Below the pieces are notes generated by a model. That model searched no databases and had not been told where the DNA came from. It saw only the letters and a program-made list of their open reading frames with translations. Below are positions 18,481 through 27,228 of a stretch of 47,159 nt of DNA, piece by piece (the first letter of the stretch is position 1; every line of letters begins with the position of its first letter). This DNA is from a virus (taxonomy: Duplodnaviria > Caudoviricetes): positions 1 to 47,159 of IMG/VR virus record IMGVR_UViG_3300017909_000327, one strand, 5' to 3'. A program made the translations under genes and the position numbers.

Positions 18481-19428
18481 TTATTTAGACAAATCATAAA
18501 TAAACTTGCCACTACGGATAGCTTCCATAATTTCATCTGAACGCTTTTCATATTCCCTAGTGGACATCTTCTTCACCTCAGACTCACGAAGGTATGTTTT
18601 ACTTTCATCAGTCTCAGGTGTATTACGGACACGAGCTTTTACAGCCTTGGCTGCATCTTTGTCGCTAGTATCACGTTTCTTTGTAGTGATGTTATTATCT
18701 GCTTTATACAAGTCAATTACTCTTGCTACAGATTTAGCATCATCAACATTCTCATAGAGTGCATCTTGCACCCACTTAGGTTGAGCTTTAGCCCATCCAT
18801 GAAACTCATCGTTTGCACGTATTTCTTGAAAGTCAGGGTGTATGCTCAGTAACTCAGCCTCAGCCTTTTCACGTTTAGCATTTACACGTAACTCTTCTAC
18901 TTCCTTCAAACGTTTATCTATATCTAGTGAACGCTCTTGTGCTTTCTTATCTGCTATAGCCTCTACTATACCTGCTACATCAGGATATTTCTTAGACCAA
19001 GCTTCTATCTCTTTATCACTCTTAGGGAGAACAAGTTCATTCTTAGCTGCTGAGTCTAGCTGACCTTTTAGCTTTTCTATTTCTTTTTTATGCTCTTCAG
19101 CTTTGTCCTGCATATAGCGTTGAATGTCAGCATAGCGTTGCTTAAATGTTTTTTCCTCTGCACTTAAGTCATCGTCTGCAGATTCTTCTTGTGCTTCGGC
19201 TTTTGGTTCTTCTTTTTGTTCTGAATTACTCTCTGCCTGAACTTTGGTGTCCTTAACAGTTTCGCTACTGGATTCTTCTTTCTCATCTGAGACACCTGTG
19301 TGTTCTTCTAAGAGTTGCTTTAGCTCTTCTTCATCACGTTTAGCACGTTCTGCATTTCTACGATGTGCTGCAGAGTCTATTACTATAGGCTTTGCTTCTT
19401 CTTTTACTACTGCTGTTTGTTCTGCCAT
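18481..19428 (-). CDS. Capsid scaffolding protein
   Basis: Acidic coiled coil, FKQRYAD and HPDF motifs, directly upstream of the MCP. Confidence 0.8.
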   Translation of the reverse strand: MAEQTAVVKEEAKPIVIDSAAHRRNAERAKRDEEELKQLLEEHTGVSDEKEESSSETVKDTKVQAESNSEQKEEPKAEAQEESADDDLSAEEKTFKQRYADIQRYMQDKAEEHKKEIEKLKGQLDSAAKNELVLPKSDKEIEAWSKKYPDVAGIVEAIADKKAQERSLDIDKRLKEVEELRVNAKREKAEAELLSIHPDFQEIRANDEFHGWAKAQPKWVQDALYENVDDAKSVARVIDLYKADNNITTKKRDTSDKDAAKAVKARVRNTPETDESKTYLRESEVKKMSTREYEKRSDEIMEAIRSGKFIYDLSK

Positions 19429-19446
19429 TTTGTTTCTCCTTATGTT

Positions 19447-19470
19447 GGGGCCAGCCGAAGCTGGGTATCC
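19447..19470 (-). promoter_or_regulatory. UUCG hairpin with an internal loop just upstream of the scaffold RBS
   Basis: GG-AUAC-CCAGC-UUCG-GCUGG-CC-CC. Confidence 0.6.
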
Positions 19471-19491
19471 TTATTGTTATATGGAATTACT

Positions 19492-20955
19492 TTATAGATC
19501 TTCTATGTTATCTGCGTCTTGTGCCGCATTATTACCCTCAGTTGTTAAGTTAACTACATCCCCTTCTAATAGTCCACTTGTGCCACCTGCTTCATTTACT
19601 CTTTGTAGTCTGTGATTATTAATTATAGCGTAATGATTTGCTACATTAACGTTTCCACTTGCAACGGCATTATCATAAGCTTGTTGTTCTTGTGGAGACA
19701 AGGCTGTTCCAGCTACCACATTATTTAGTGTATCATCGTCTGATATAGCTTGTGAAGCCATTTGAATAGTAGGATCTGATTCATTACCTCCTAAGCTATG
19801 ATCGTATATATTATATTTAGGATCATATTCTGCATAAAATTTATCTTTATCAAAGTTGCCAAGATTTAAAAATGAATCTTTTATATCCGCAAAAGTATTT
19901 TTTAAACTATCCAAAATAGAAGGTTTTTGAAAGGCTTCATCTGTTTCCAAGTTAATATTTTTATACTTTTCAAGTATAGTTTTTTCTAATTCTTTTTGTT
20001 GATTTGCTAATTTCAATTTTAAAGCTGCTGCTGCTGGTGATACAGGAGTTAATAACATCGGTGTTAAACCAGCTTGCTGGCTTTGTAGTTGTTGAAAAAC
20101 TGTAGCAACTTCCTCAGTGCTTGCATTTCCTCCTAATACCTTATCATAAGATGCTTGAAAATTAGAAGATGTATAAGGTTTCATGGATTTTAATTCTTGC
20201 TCTCCAGAATTATCATCTGCAGCAACAGTTGGCTGTTGTTCAGTTGTAATGTTCTGAGTTTCTTTATAGTTTTTATTATTTACATAGTCATCATACTCTG
20301 CCTGAGTATTAGCTGTAACTATTTCACCATTAGGGCCATACAAAGTTACAGGAGTAAACGGAGGCTTAAGACTAGGTGCAGGACCAAACAAGCTAGATCC
20401 TACATAATAGTTACTAGGAGGCATATATGTTATACCATCTTGTACTATAGGCTTTGGTATGTTTGTATTTATATTTGTGTTTGCTGCATTTCCAGTAGGA
20501 TCTCCAGGGTTGAACGTAGGGCTTAATATACTAGAACCTACAGTGCCGCCTGGAAAATAACCTGCATTACCCATAGCGACAGGTGCGCCTTGTCTATACA
20601 TCATCCTCTGCTGTTCATAGGGATCAGGTGTTGTTGATTGAGTAGGCTGCCCTGTCATGTAGCCACCTACTGCTGCATCTACAGGTTGTCCACCAATACG
20701 CCCCTCTGCTTCCATTCTAGCTAATTCTATCTTAGCATTCTCTCGTAAGTCTTCAAAGAACTTCATACCATAAAAACGAAGAACATCAGCAGGTACTACA
20801 TATTCACCTTCTGATAATTGTGCAGGAATATCATCTCTTACTTCTTTAGCTAAAGAACCTGGTGGAACTTCATTACCCGATACAGGATCTACATCCTTAC
20901 CATCGTCCACCATAAAAGCCATAATCATTTGGTCTTCTTCTTTATTTACTGCCAT
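19492..20955 (-). CDS. Head-associated protein with N-terminal DDIPAQLSEGEYVVPAD domain (candidate processing/sorting factor)
   Basis: Between portal and scaffold; conserved-looking ~90-aa N-domain followed by a low-complexity tail. Confidence 0.55.
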   Translation of the reverse strand: MAVNKEEDQMIMAFMVDDGKDVDPVSGNEVPPGSLAKEVRDDIPAQLSEGEYVVPADVLRFYGMKFFEDLRENAKIELARMEAEGRIGGQPVDAAVGGYMTGQPTQSTTPDPYEQQRMMYRQGAPVAMGNAGYFPGGTVGSSILSPTFNPGDPTGNAANTNINTNIPKPIVQDGITYMPPSNYYVGSSLFGPAPSLKPPFTPVTLYGPNGEIVTANTQAEYDDYVNNKNYKETQNITTEQQPTVAADDNSGEQELKSMKPYTSSNFQASYDKVLGGNASTEEVATVFQQLQSQQAGLTPMLLTPVSPAAAALKLKLANQQKELEKTILEKYKNINLETDEAFQKPSILDSLKNTFADIKDSFLNLGNFDKDKFYAEYDPKYNIYDHSLGGNESDPTIQMASQAISDDDTLNNVVAGTALSPQEQQAYDNAVASGNVNVANHYAIINNHRLQRVNEAGGTSGLLEGDVVNLTTEGNNAAQDADNIEDL

Positions 20956-21136
20956 TAACTTTTTCCCTCATAAATTTTATTCTTCTTAATATTCCTATTG
21001 CACCTTGACAACGATGTAGATCTATAGCTACCTCTGATTGTTCTAAACGCCTTTGCTGTTCAACAATCATGCTGTCTACTTCTTCACAGAATGCATCCCA
21101 TTCTTTTTTATTGTTTACAAAAGCCTTAAGCGACAT
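20942..21136 (-). CDS. Small helical protein after the portal
   Basis: 64 aa; overlaps both neighbours; RCQG motif. Confidence 0.65.
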   Translation of the reverse strand: MSLKAFVNNKKEWDAFCEEVDSMIVEQQRRLEQSEVAIDLHRCQGAIGILRRIKFMREKVNGSK

Positions 21137-23231
21137 TACCAGTAAACCCTGGTTCTTCAGGAGCAGGTGCTATACCTGTACCAATGTTACCTCCCCCTGC
21201 ACCAGTTGGATCTTGAACGTCTGCACCTGCTGGAGCACCTTCAGGTGGCATTGGCGGTGGTTGCATAGGTTGTTGGAAGCCCTTCATTATCTCAGCTTGT
21301 ATAGCTGCATCCTGCATAGAGTTAGTAATTTTATCAGGGTCTAGATCCATACTCTTAGCAATCTCTCTAATAATGTAATCCATTTTTGCAAACGGAGCAA
21401 GCACTGGATTCTGTGCTACCTGCAAGAACTGCATCAAGCGTTGGCTACGTACTTCATTAGCCATAAGACTTTCTGTACCACTAGCTTTAACTTCTAAGTC
21501 ACCTCTTATGCTTTCATCAAAGTCAAACTGCATGTTAAAGGAAAAGAAAGCTTTACCTAGAGGTGAAATAAGGTAGTCATCTACATTCTTTACAACAGTC
21601 CTGATGCTACCGTTGGCAGCAGACATAAGCATAGAAATACCAGAGGCAGTACGCCCCACACCCTGTATGCCTGTTTGACCGTGAGCGAAAGATGGAAAGC
21701 CTGTTGACTCATCTGCTAATACCCTTGCCTTATCAAATAACTGCATGTTTTCACCTGCAACGTTTGGAAACTTAGTGCCAAAGATTGCTTGACCAGGCGC
21801 ACCGCCCTGTCTGCGAAAGACCTTGCCAGGGTGCACACTCATGTCTTGTCCTGGCACTAGATTGGTTTCGTCAATCTCAATTAGAAGATTACCAGAAAGC
21901 ACAGCGTTGTCAACAGCCATTCGCATGAAACCATTCATCAACGTTTGTGTGTCATCCATGTTTTCTGCAATACCTACACCAAAGAAAGAGTAAGGGTTAT
22001 GCTCAAACGGTACTGCGTAGTATGGTATACGTGCAGGTTTAAATGGATTTAGTACACATCGAATAACTCTACCGTTTACTGTCCAGATGTTAGCACTTAT
22101 CTCATACAAGTCTTGTAGTTCTTTAGGTATCTTTATACCGTTTTCTTCTAGTACCTCTTTATCTACGTAGCCCCAAAACTCTAGTACTTCCCATCTTTCA
22201 CTTTCTGAAGAAATACTATCATCGTCCTCCATCTTCATTTCCCAGTGCTTACGAACATAATCTGAGCCAGTAGCTACAGCTTCTTCAATAGCATCTTCAA
22301 TAAAGTATGGTCTATCTTTTAATGCACGTAATTGATTTCTAGAAAGTTTATGTCTTTCAATAACGTACTCAGCGTCATCCATCGATGTTGCTTCAGGGTC
22401 AGGATAAAAATTCCAAATGCTTACATGATTAGTAGACGGTACAGTTTTTGTTAGAGGATCGTAATCACCATTGTCATCCCAGTTAGGATACTCTTTATCT
22501 ATTGCAAACGGTCCTTTCATTACACCTGTGCCTAACAACGCCATCTCAAATGCCATAGATCTTAGATGTTTTGTTGCACCCGACTCCTGTAACTGATCAT
22601 GTATTTTCTTTTCCATCTTCTTAGCTGCTACCATAGCAGGATGAAATGTTACACTAGTAGGAGTTGTACCATCACCTTCAATTACTTTTTCAGATACAGA
22701 TGAGAGCTTATCACTTACACTACCCATCTTCTTTTCTAGATCATAGAGTGTTTCGCCAGGTTTTAGTTTTGTGTCTGGTGTAATAAGATAGGGTTTGTTT
22801 GTTTCTGTAGTAAAAGTAGTCTTTAACTCTTCTGAGGCTTTTTCTGCATTAGGGTCTAAATTAATGTGTACTGACTCAGCTACACCATCAGGTAATATAG
22901 ATGGGTCTACAGAAAGCGGAAACTTGTTGTTACCAAATAAGACATCTACTATCTGACCATAAGCAGCTAATGTTTTTGTCTTAGTTACCTTTACAAATAC
23001 TCTTGATTTTTCTGATGAAGTAAATTGAACGTCTGGTCCGTATATACCTCTGTAGTTACGGTAAGCTCTCATCCAACGATCTTCATCTCCTAAACGAGCA
23101 TCTTCTGCACGTTTGTATCTATCTCCTACAAATGAAACAATACTGTTCACACTTTCAAAGAGTTTATCTTCTTCAGTTTCTGCTGCTACTACATCATCTG
23201 TGTCAAAAGATATATCGTCTATTTCTGCCAT
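21126..23231 (-). CDS. Portal protein
   Basis: 701 aa after TerL; GTGVMKGPF, NFYPDP, RTASGISML; Pro-rich C-terminus. Confidence 0.9.
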   Translation of the reverse strand: MAEIDDISFDTDDVVAAETEEDKLFESVNSIVSFVGDRYKRAEDARLGDEDRWMRAYRNYRGIYGPDVQFTSSEKSRVFVKVTKTKTLAAYGQIVDVLFGNNKFPLSVDPSILPDGVAESVHINLDPNAEKASEELKTTFTTETNKPYLITPDTKLKPGETLYDLEKKMGSVSDKLSSVSEKVIEGDGTTPTSVTFHPAMVAAKKMEKKIHDQLQESGATKHLRSMAFEMALLGTGVMKGPFAIDKEYPNWDDNGDYDPLTKTVPSTNHVSIWNFYPDPEATSMDDAEYVIERHKLSRNQLRALKDRPYFIEDAIEEAVATGSDYVRKHWEMKMEDDDSISSESERWEVLEFWGYVDKEVLEENGIKIPKELQDLYEISANIWTVNGRVIRCVLNPFKPARIPYYAVPFEHNPYSFFGVGIAENMDDTQTLMNGFMRMAVDNAVLSGNLLIEIDETNLVPGQDMSVHPGKVFRRQGGAPGQAIFGTKFPNVAGENMQLFDKARVLADESTGFPSFAHGQTGIQGVGRTASGISMLMSAANGSIRTVVKNVDDYLISPLGKAFFSFNMQFDFDESIRGDLEVKASGTESLMANEVRSQRLMQFLQVAQNPVLAPFAKMDYIIREIAKSMDLDPDKITNSMQDAAIQAEIMKGFQQPMQPPPMPPEGAPAGADVQDPTGAGGGNIGTGIAPAPEEPGFTGNVA

Positions 23232-23234
23232 AGT

Positions 23235-24824
23235 TTAGTATCCGAATGTTGGGTCTGACATTTGAAAGCCAGAGCGTTGTGTTGCAGGATTAAAATCCCA
23301 TATAGAACTTCTTGGTCTAGTCATTATACCGTAACGTAATGCATCGTACAAGTGATCCTCAGCATTTGTATCTACGTCTTCAGGATTCTTTTTGTCTAGC
23401 GGAATCGCAGGGATTTGCGCTATAGTATTCGTGCAGGTGGAGAAGAACACGAGTCTAGGCTCTTCGGTGAACTCATCCACCTGCAACCTACGGTGTATCT
23501 CATTCTTACCAGCAACCCTAGAACCACGAGAGCGATCTGAAGGACGCCATCTGCATCCCTTCATGTTCATCTGCTCTGCAAGTGATGGGCCAGTATCACC
23601 TCTTTTATGCCAGAGGGATGAGTCCAACACACCGTACCTCATAGTACCATCTTCTGATTCAGCTTCAATAATCATATCTGCTAAATCTGTAGCTGTAACC
23701 TTAGAACAATATAGCTCTCTGTAGACAACCAATTGCTCACTTGGTGAAACAGCGATCCATAAGACTCCAGTGTAGGAGCCGTAACCATAGTCGCAAGCTC
23801 TAAATCTAACCCATGATTTAGGAATACTGTATGGCTCCACAACGTGTATGCTTCTATCAAATTCAGGAAATGCTGCTCCTTCGTTAACATCCCAGTTACC
23901 TTCTAGTAACTGCTTTCTTTGATGCTCAGGCAATGATAATAGCATTGCTTCGTAATCACCACTGTCTGCAAGATAAGGGTTATCAAACAAACTAGCAGGT
24001 ATGAACCTACGTTTAAACAAGGGCTGTCCTTCTCGACTATGCCCTTTAGGAAATTTTATAGTGTCTCCTGTTTCAATATTGGTTGCCCAAAAAGGTTGAC
24101 CAGCAGGAGATGGATCAATAAACATTTTCTTAACCCACTGATGTCCGTTGCCACCTGGGTTTGTTGTAGCTCTCATGTATAAACCTAGCTGAGAACTAAA
24201 TGCTGAACGAAGTCGTGACCGCATATAATCCCAAGCGTAGGGTGTAGGCCACTGTGTAAGTTCGTCAAAACCGATCCAGTTAAACGCTTGACCTTGGTAT
24301 CGTGTTACATCCATGTCTTTGTCAAGGTACGACATCCACAGTCTACCGCCTCTAGGTGCAATCCACTGTGACTTACGTTCTGACCACTTGATACCTGGTA
24401 CAGCTTTAGGGTAAAGTTCTTGACTCTTCTGTATAAGCTCTCTAAGTTCTTCAGTAGTATGACGAACAAGTAGACCACTAAAGTTAGGATCATTTAAACC
24501 GTGAAGTGGGTCAGCCAGCATCGCAAAACTCTTACCACCGCCAGCCGCCCCACCGTACAAAACTTCCCTTTCAGATGCGGATAGGAAGTTTGTCTGTGGA
24601 CCTGGGTTTGGCTTAAACACGATGTCCTGTGCAATATCAACGTCAAACTCAGGTGCTTTGACTTCTGCTGCTACAACTTCTACTTCAGGCTCTTGCTTCG
24701 TTAGCTCTGCTTGTATAGGCTCCGATACATTCTTCTTCAAGTTTCTTGATTTCTTGTAGCGTCTCTTCGAGCCTTTTGGCAAGCTTGCGTTTAATTGTAG
24801 CTGCTTTCTTACGTTTTCGCTCAA
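23235..24824 (-). CDS. terL: Terminase large subunit (true start probably slightly downstream)
   Basis: Walker A YGGAAGGGKS, Walker B IGFDE, TTNPGG, nuclease DYGY and DHLYDALRY. Confidence 0.93.
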   Translation of the reverse strand: MSENVRKQLQLNASLPKGSKRRYKKSRNLKKNVSEPIQAELTKQEPEVEVVAAEVKAPEFDVDIAQDIVFKPNPGPQTNFLSASEREVLYGGAAGGGKSFAMLADPLHGLNDPNFSGLLVRHTTEELRELIQKSQELYPKAVPGIKWSERKSQWIAPRGGRLWMSYLDKDMDVTRYQGQAFNWIGFDELTQWPTPYAWDYMRSRLRSAFSSQLGLYMRATTNPGGNGHQWVKKMFIDPSPAGQPFWATNIETGDTIKFPKGHSREGQPLFKRRFIPASLFDNPYLADSGDYEAMLLSLPEHQRKQLLEGNWDVNEGAAFPEFDRSIHVVEPYSIPKSWVRFRACDYGYGSYTGVLWIAVSPSEQLVVYRELYCSKVTATDLADMIIEAESEDGTMRYGVLDSSLWHKRGDTGPSLAEQMNMKGCRWRPSDRSRGSRVAGKNEIHRRLQVDEFTEEPRLVFFSTCTNTIAQIPAIPLDKKNPEDVDTNAEDHLYDALRYGIMTRPRSSIWDFNPATQRSGFQMSDPTFGY

Positions 24825-25110
24825 TGTCTACTCTTTTCTTTAGCCCTGTATCAGATATGTACCTACCTGTTTGTTTTGTTAACCACAGTGCTACTTCTCT
24901 GTAAGAGTACTGCATAAGATGTTTCTTTGCAAGTTCTAATGCTTCTAACTCTGTTACAATAGGCTCAAGTATCTTATCATTGTCAGGATGCACTTTATAT
25001 CCGAAAGGCACTGTCCTAGTTACTCTAGCTATTACGTGCCAATCTTTTTCTGCACCCTTGTGTGGTTTAGGTAATTCCCAGTATCCTAATGACTCACGGT
25101 ATTTAACTAT
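24685..25110 (-). CDS. HTH/recombinase-like DNA-binding protein between TerS and TerL; probable non-canonical start (track start 25011)
   Basis: PFGY...YSYREVALWL...ISDTGL; frame open upstream to an ATA overlapping the TerS stop. Confidence 0.6.
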   Translation of the reverse strand: MVKYRESLGYWELPKPHKGAEKDWHVIARVTRTVPFGYKVHPDNDKILEPIVTELEALELAKKHLMQYSYREVALWLTKQTGRYISDTGLKKRVDIERKRKKAATIKRKLAKRLEETLQEIKKLEEECIGAYTSRANEARA

Positions 25111-25478
25111 TCGTTCTTTCCTTCTTTTGATGGTAGTATAAATACGCCACCACTAGATGACGATACATCTACTCTTTCTACTTTACCTAGTCCTGCCCGA
25201 TCAAGCAAGTCTTTCGCTGCTGACATCTTATCTCGTATGCCTAGTTCTGTAGGATCACTTAATGCACCCACCATAGCCATAGCAGCTTTAGGTGCTGTAC
25301 GTGCAAAGTAGCTACGTGTACGATCACCGATCTCGTCTTTCAATGATTCTACAATAGATGTAGTGCTAGTACCGTCACCATACCCTGCTAGTTTCTTAGC
25401 TTGTACAACATCGCCACCTGCACCATCAAACAAAACCTCAAGGAACTTTTGTTGCTTCTCAGTTAAATTTCTTGTCAT
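25107..25478 (-). CDS. Terminase small subunit
   Basis: LTEKQQKFL...AKKLAGY N-terminal HTH; AAKDLLDRAG; upstream of TerL. Confidence 0.75.
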   Translation of the reverse strand: MTRNLTEKQQKFLEVLFDGAGGDVVQAKKLAGYGDGTSTTSIVESLKDEIGDRTRSYFARTAPKAAMAMVGALSDPTELGIRDKMSAAKDLLDRAGLGKVERVDVSSSSGGVFILPSKEGKNE

Positions 25479-25937
25479 TTATGCCACCATATATAATATA
25501 AAGCCAAAGATACCAAGTCCTGTAAGTAAAAGCAAACCTGTTACGCCCCAAGTTATAATAGCTTCTTGTATCTCTGCTTTACGATACTCTTGTTCTTTTT
25601 TCTGTTTACGTATCTTACCCTCAGTGGCTACCAATTCATCCCAAGCTGAAGGTCCCATACTGAAACTAATCCAATCTTTTAGCTCCTGGCGCATGGCCTG
25701 TGCTTTCTTCTTAGCTGTAAAAATCTCTAAAGCTTCTGCCTCAACAGATTGTCCATTGAGTGCTTTCCACCAAGGAGGGTTCTTATTTTTTTGTTCAGCG
25801 TAGGACAAGTCACTCATAGCACTTGCCCATTGGGTCAACTGTCCTGACATATCTTGTAGGTCTTTACCTACTTGAAAGCCTTTCTTCAACGCATTGAAGG
25901 CTACGGTTGCACCACCGATAATTGTTACTGGGTCCAC
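25479..25937 (-). CDS. Membrane-anchored hypothetical protein
   Basis: MDPVTII start, GGAGGAGG RBS, C-terminal TM helix. Confidence 0.7.
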   Translation of the reverse strand: MDPVTIIGGATVAFNALKKGFQVGKDLQDMSGQLTQWASAMSDLSYAEQKNKNPPWWKALNGQSVEAEALEIFTAKKKAQAMRQELKDWISFSMGPSAWDELVATEGKIRKQKKEQEYRKAEIQEAIITWGVTGLLLLTGLGIFGFILYMVA

Positions 25938-25988
25938 GAGCCTCCTCCAAAAGTACTCCTAGTATCATTAAAGAACTGATTGTGTTTT

Positions 25989-26153
25989 TCAAAGAGCTTT
26001 ACCTGTTAGTATGGCTCTTTCTATATCACATCTACCTATACCTAAGTCTCGTAGCTCTCTATCAGTCATATGATAGAGTTCCATACGTGCAATCTTACGT
26101 CTTGCTGATTCTGCTCTTGCCTCTACTAATCTATTAAATATTCGTCTAAACAT
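25989..26153 (-). CDS. DUF1127 (YjiS/CcaF1-like) small protein, 54 aa
   Basis: Hand translation MFRRIFNRLVEARAESARRKIARMELYHMTDRELRDLGIGRCDIERAILTGKAL; Arg-rich N-terminus plus LxxxxDxxLxDxGxxRxDI signature; AGGAG RBS; below the ORF-track cutoff. Confidence 0.85.
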   Translation of the reverse strand: MFRRIFNRLVEARAESARRKIARMELYHMTDRELRDLGIGRCDIERAILTGKAL

Positions 26154-26197
26154 TATGTATATTCTCCTATGTTAGCGCCCTACCTTTAGGACGTACA

Positions 26198-26206
26198 TAG
26201 TTATAC
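26198..26206 (-). promoter_or_regulatory. GTATAACTA promoter -10 element upstream of DUF1127, without the TTGACA -35
   Basis: Identical to the -10 part of the conserved promoter; intergenic. Confidence 0.5.
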
Positions 26207-26247
26207 ATAAATGTTGTTAGGTTAGTATAGACAATACGGAATAGCCG

Positions 26248-26613
26248 TTATGTAGGTTGGTAATGCTCTTCTCCAGAAAGTATTACATGGAAGTCTGAAC
26301 TAGACTCTTCAAAACCTACAATCTTGTCTCCTTCAGATAGGGCTAGATATGCCCCACCTTCTATTACTTCTTCTAAGCCATTACCTGCAACGCTATGATC
26401 ATCTATAATAAAATGATACGTTGTTGTTGAGGCTTCGTACCATTGAAGGCTGTACTTTTTAGTTGAAGCAGAACCGTTTGATACATGTAAAAATCTAATC
26501 AGACTAACAAAATTATTGGGGCAAGTGTATATAACGTTACCACTAGCCCCACCCGAAGTTGCGCTAAGATCCTTAGCTGCTGAGAAAAATTTAGCGTCTG
26601 ATAGTATTGTCAC
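26248..26613 (-). CDS. Small beta-sandwich protein, probably virion-associated
   Basis: IYTCP..LHVSN..LALSEGDKI pattern resembles 11401..11763. Confidence 0.6.
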   Translation of the reverse strand: MTILSDAKFFSAAKDLSATSGGASGNVIYTCPNNFVSLIRFLHVSNGSASTKKYSLQWYEASTTTYHFIIDDHSVAGNGLEEVIEGGAYLALSEGDKIVGFEESSSDFHVILSGEEHYQPT

Positions 26614-26900
26614 TTCTTGCCTTTAACTTTTTTAACTACTTTAGTTGTCCAAGCTTCATTCTCAGGTGTATTAGGATCATCTGCAATGTAGTGACCTTTT
26701 TCGTTTCTTGCACGTACAGTTTTAACTGTAGCTGTACCTGATAGAATAGCTTCTAGTTCTGGTACATCAGTTACAAAACCACCGTCTCTTTCTGGTTTAT
26801 CCATAACGATAGCTTTATTCATGTCTAGTGCTGTGTTACCTATTACAGTATAACCTAATGCCTCTATTGCATCTACTTGCTCTTTAGTTAAGTCTGACAT
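26610..26900 (-). CDS. Hypothetical protein with RARNEKGHYIADDPNTPENEAW motif
   Basis: Coupled start/stop overlaps; motif familiar from marine phage proteins. Confidence 0.65.
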   Translation of the reverse strand: MSDLTKEQVDAIEALGYTVIGNTALDMNKAIVMDKPERDGGFVTDVPELEAILSGTATVKTVRARNEKGHYIADDPNTPENEAWTTKVVKKVKGKK

Positions 26901-27226
26901 TATTTACGAGCCTTTCTGTTTGGTGGAACGGATGCACCTGCATTAGCTTTGGTTTTACCGCCTTTAGCGTAACCCTTCTTTTTCATATTAGCTCCACCCA
27001 TTGCGTAGCCTTTTTTCTTTTTCTTTTTAGCCATACCACCGTTAGCCATTTTGCCTTTGCCATCAGCAGCATAAAACGGAACCATCTTTCCGTCTTTGTT
27101 TTTAACCATCTTCAAGCCACCTGCTGCGTAGCCCTTCTTTTTCATACCGCCCTTGGCATAACCTTTTTTCTTCATGCCACCTTTAGCGTATCCCTTTTTC
27201 TTCATTTTATTTCCGTGCATTGCCAT
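26900..27226 (-). CDS. Very basic repeat protein (KKKGYAKGGM)n
   Basis: Six [YM]AxGG units separated by Lys runs; GAGGA RBS. Confidence 0.75.
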   Translation of the reverse strand: MAMHGNKMKKKGYAKGGMKKKGYAKGGMKKKGYAAGGLKMVKNKDGKMVPFYAADGKGKMANGGMAKKKKKKGYAMGGANMKKKGYAKGGKTKANAGASVPPNRKARK

Positions 27227-27228
27227 GA

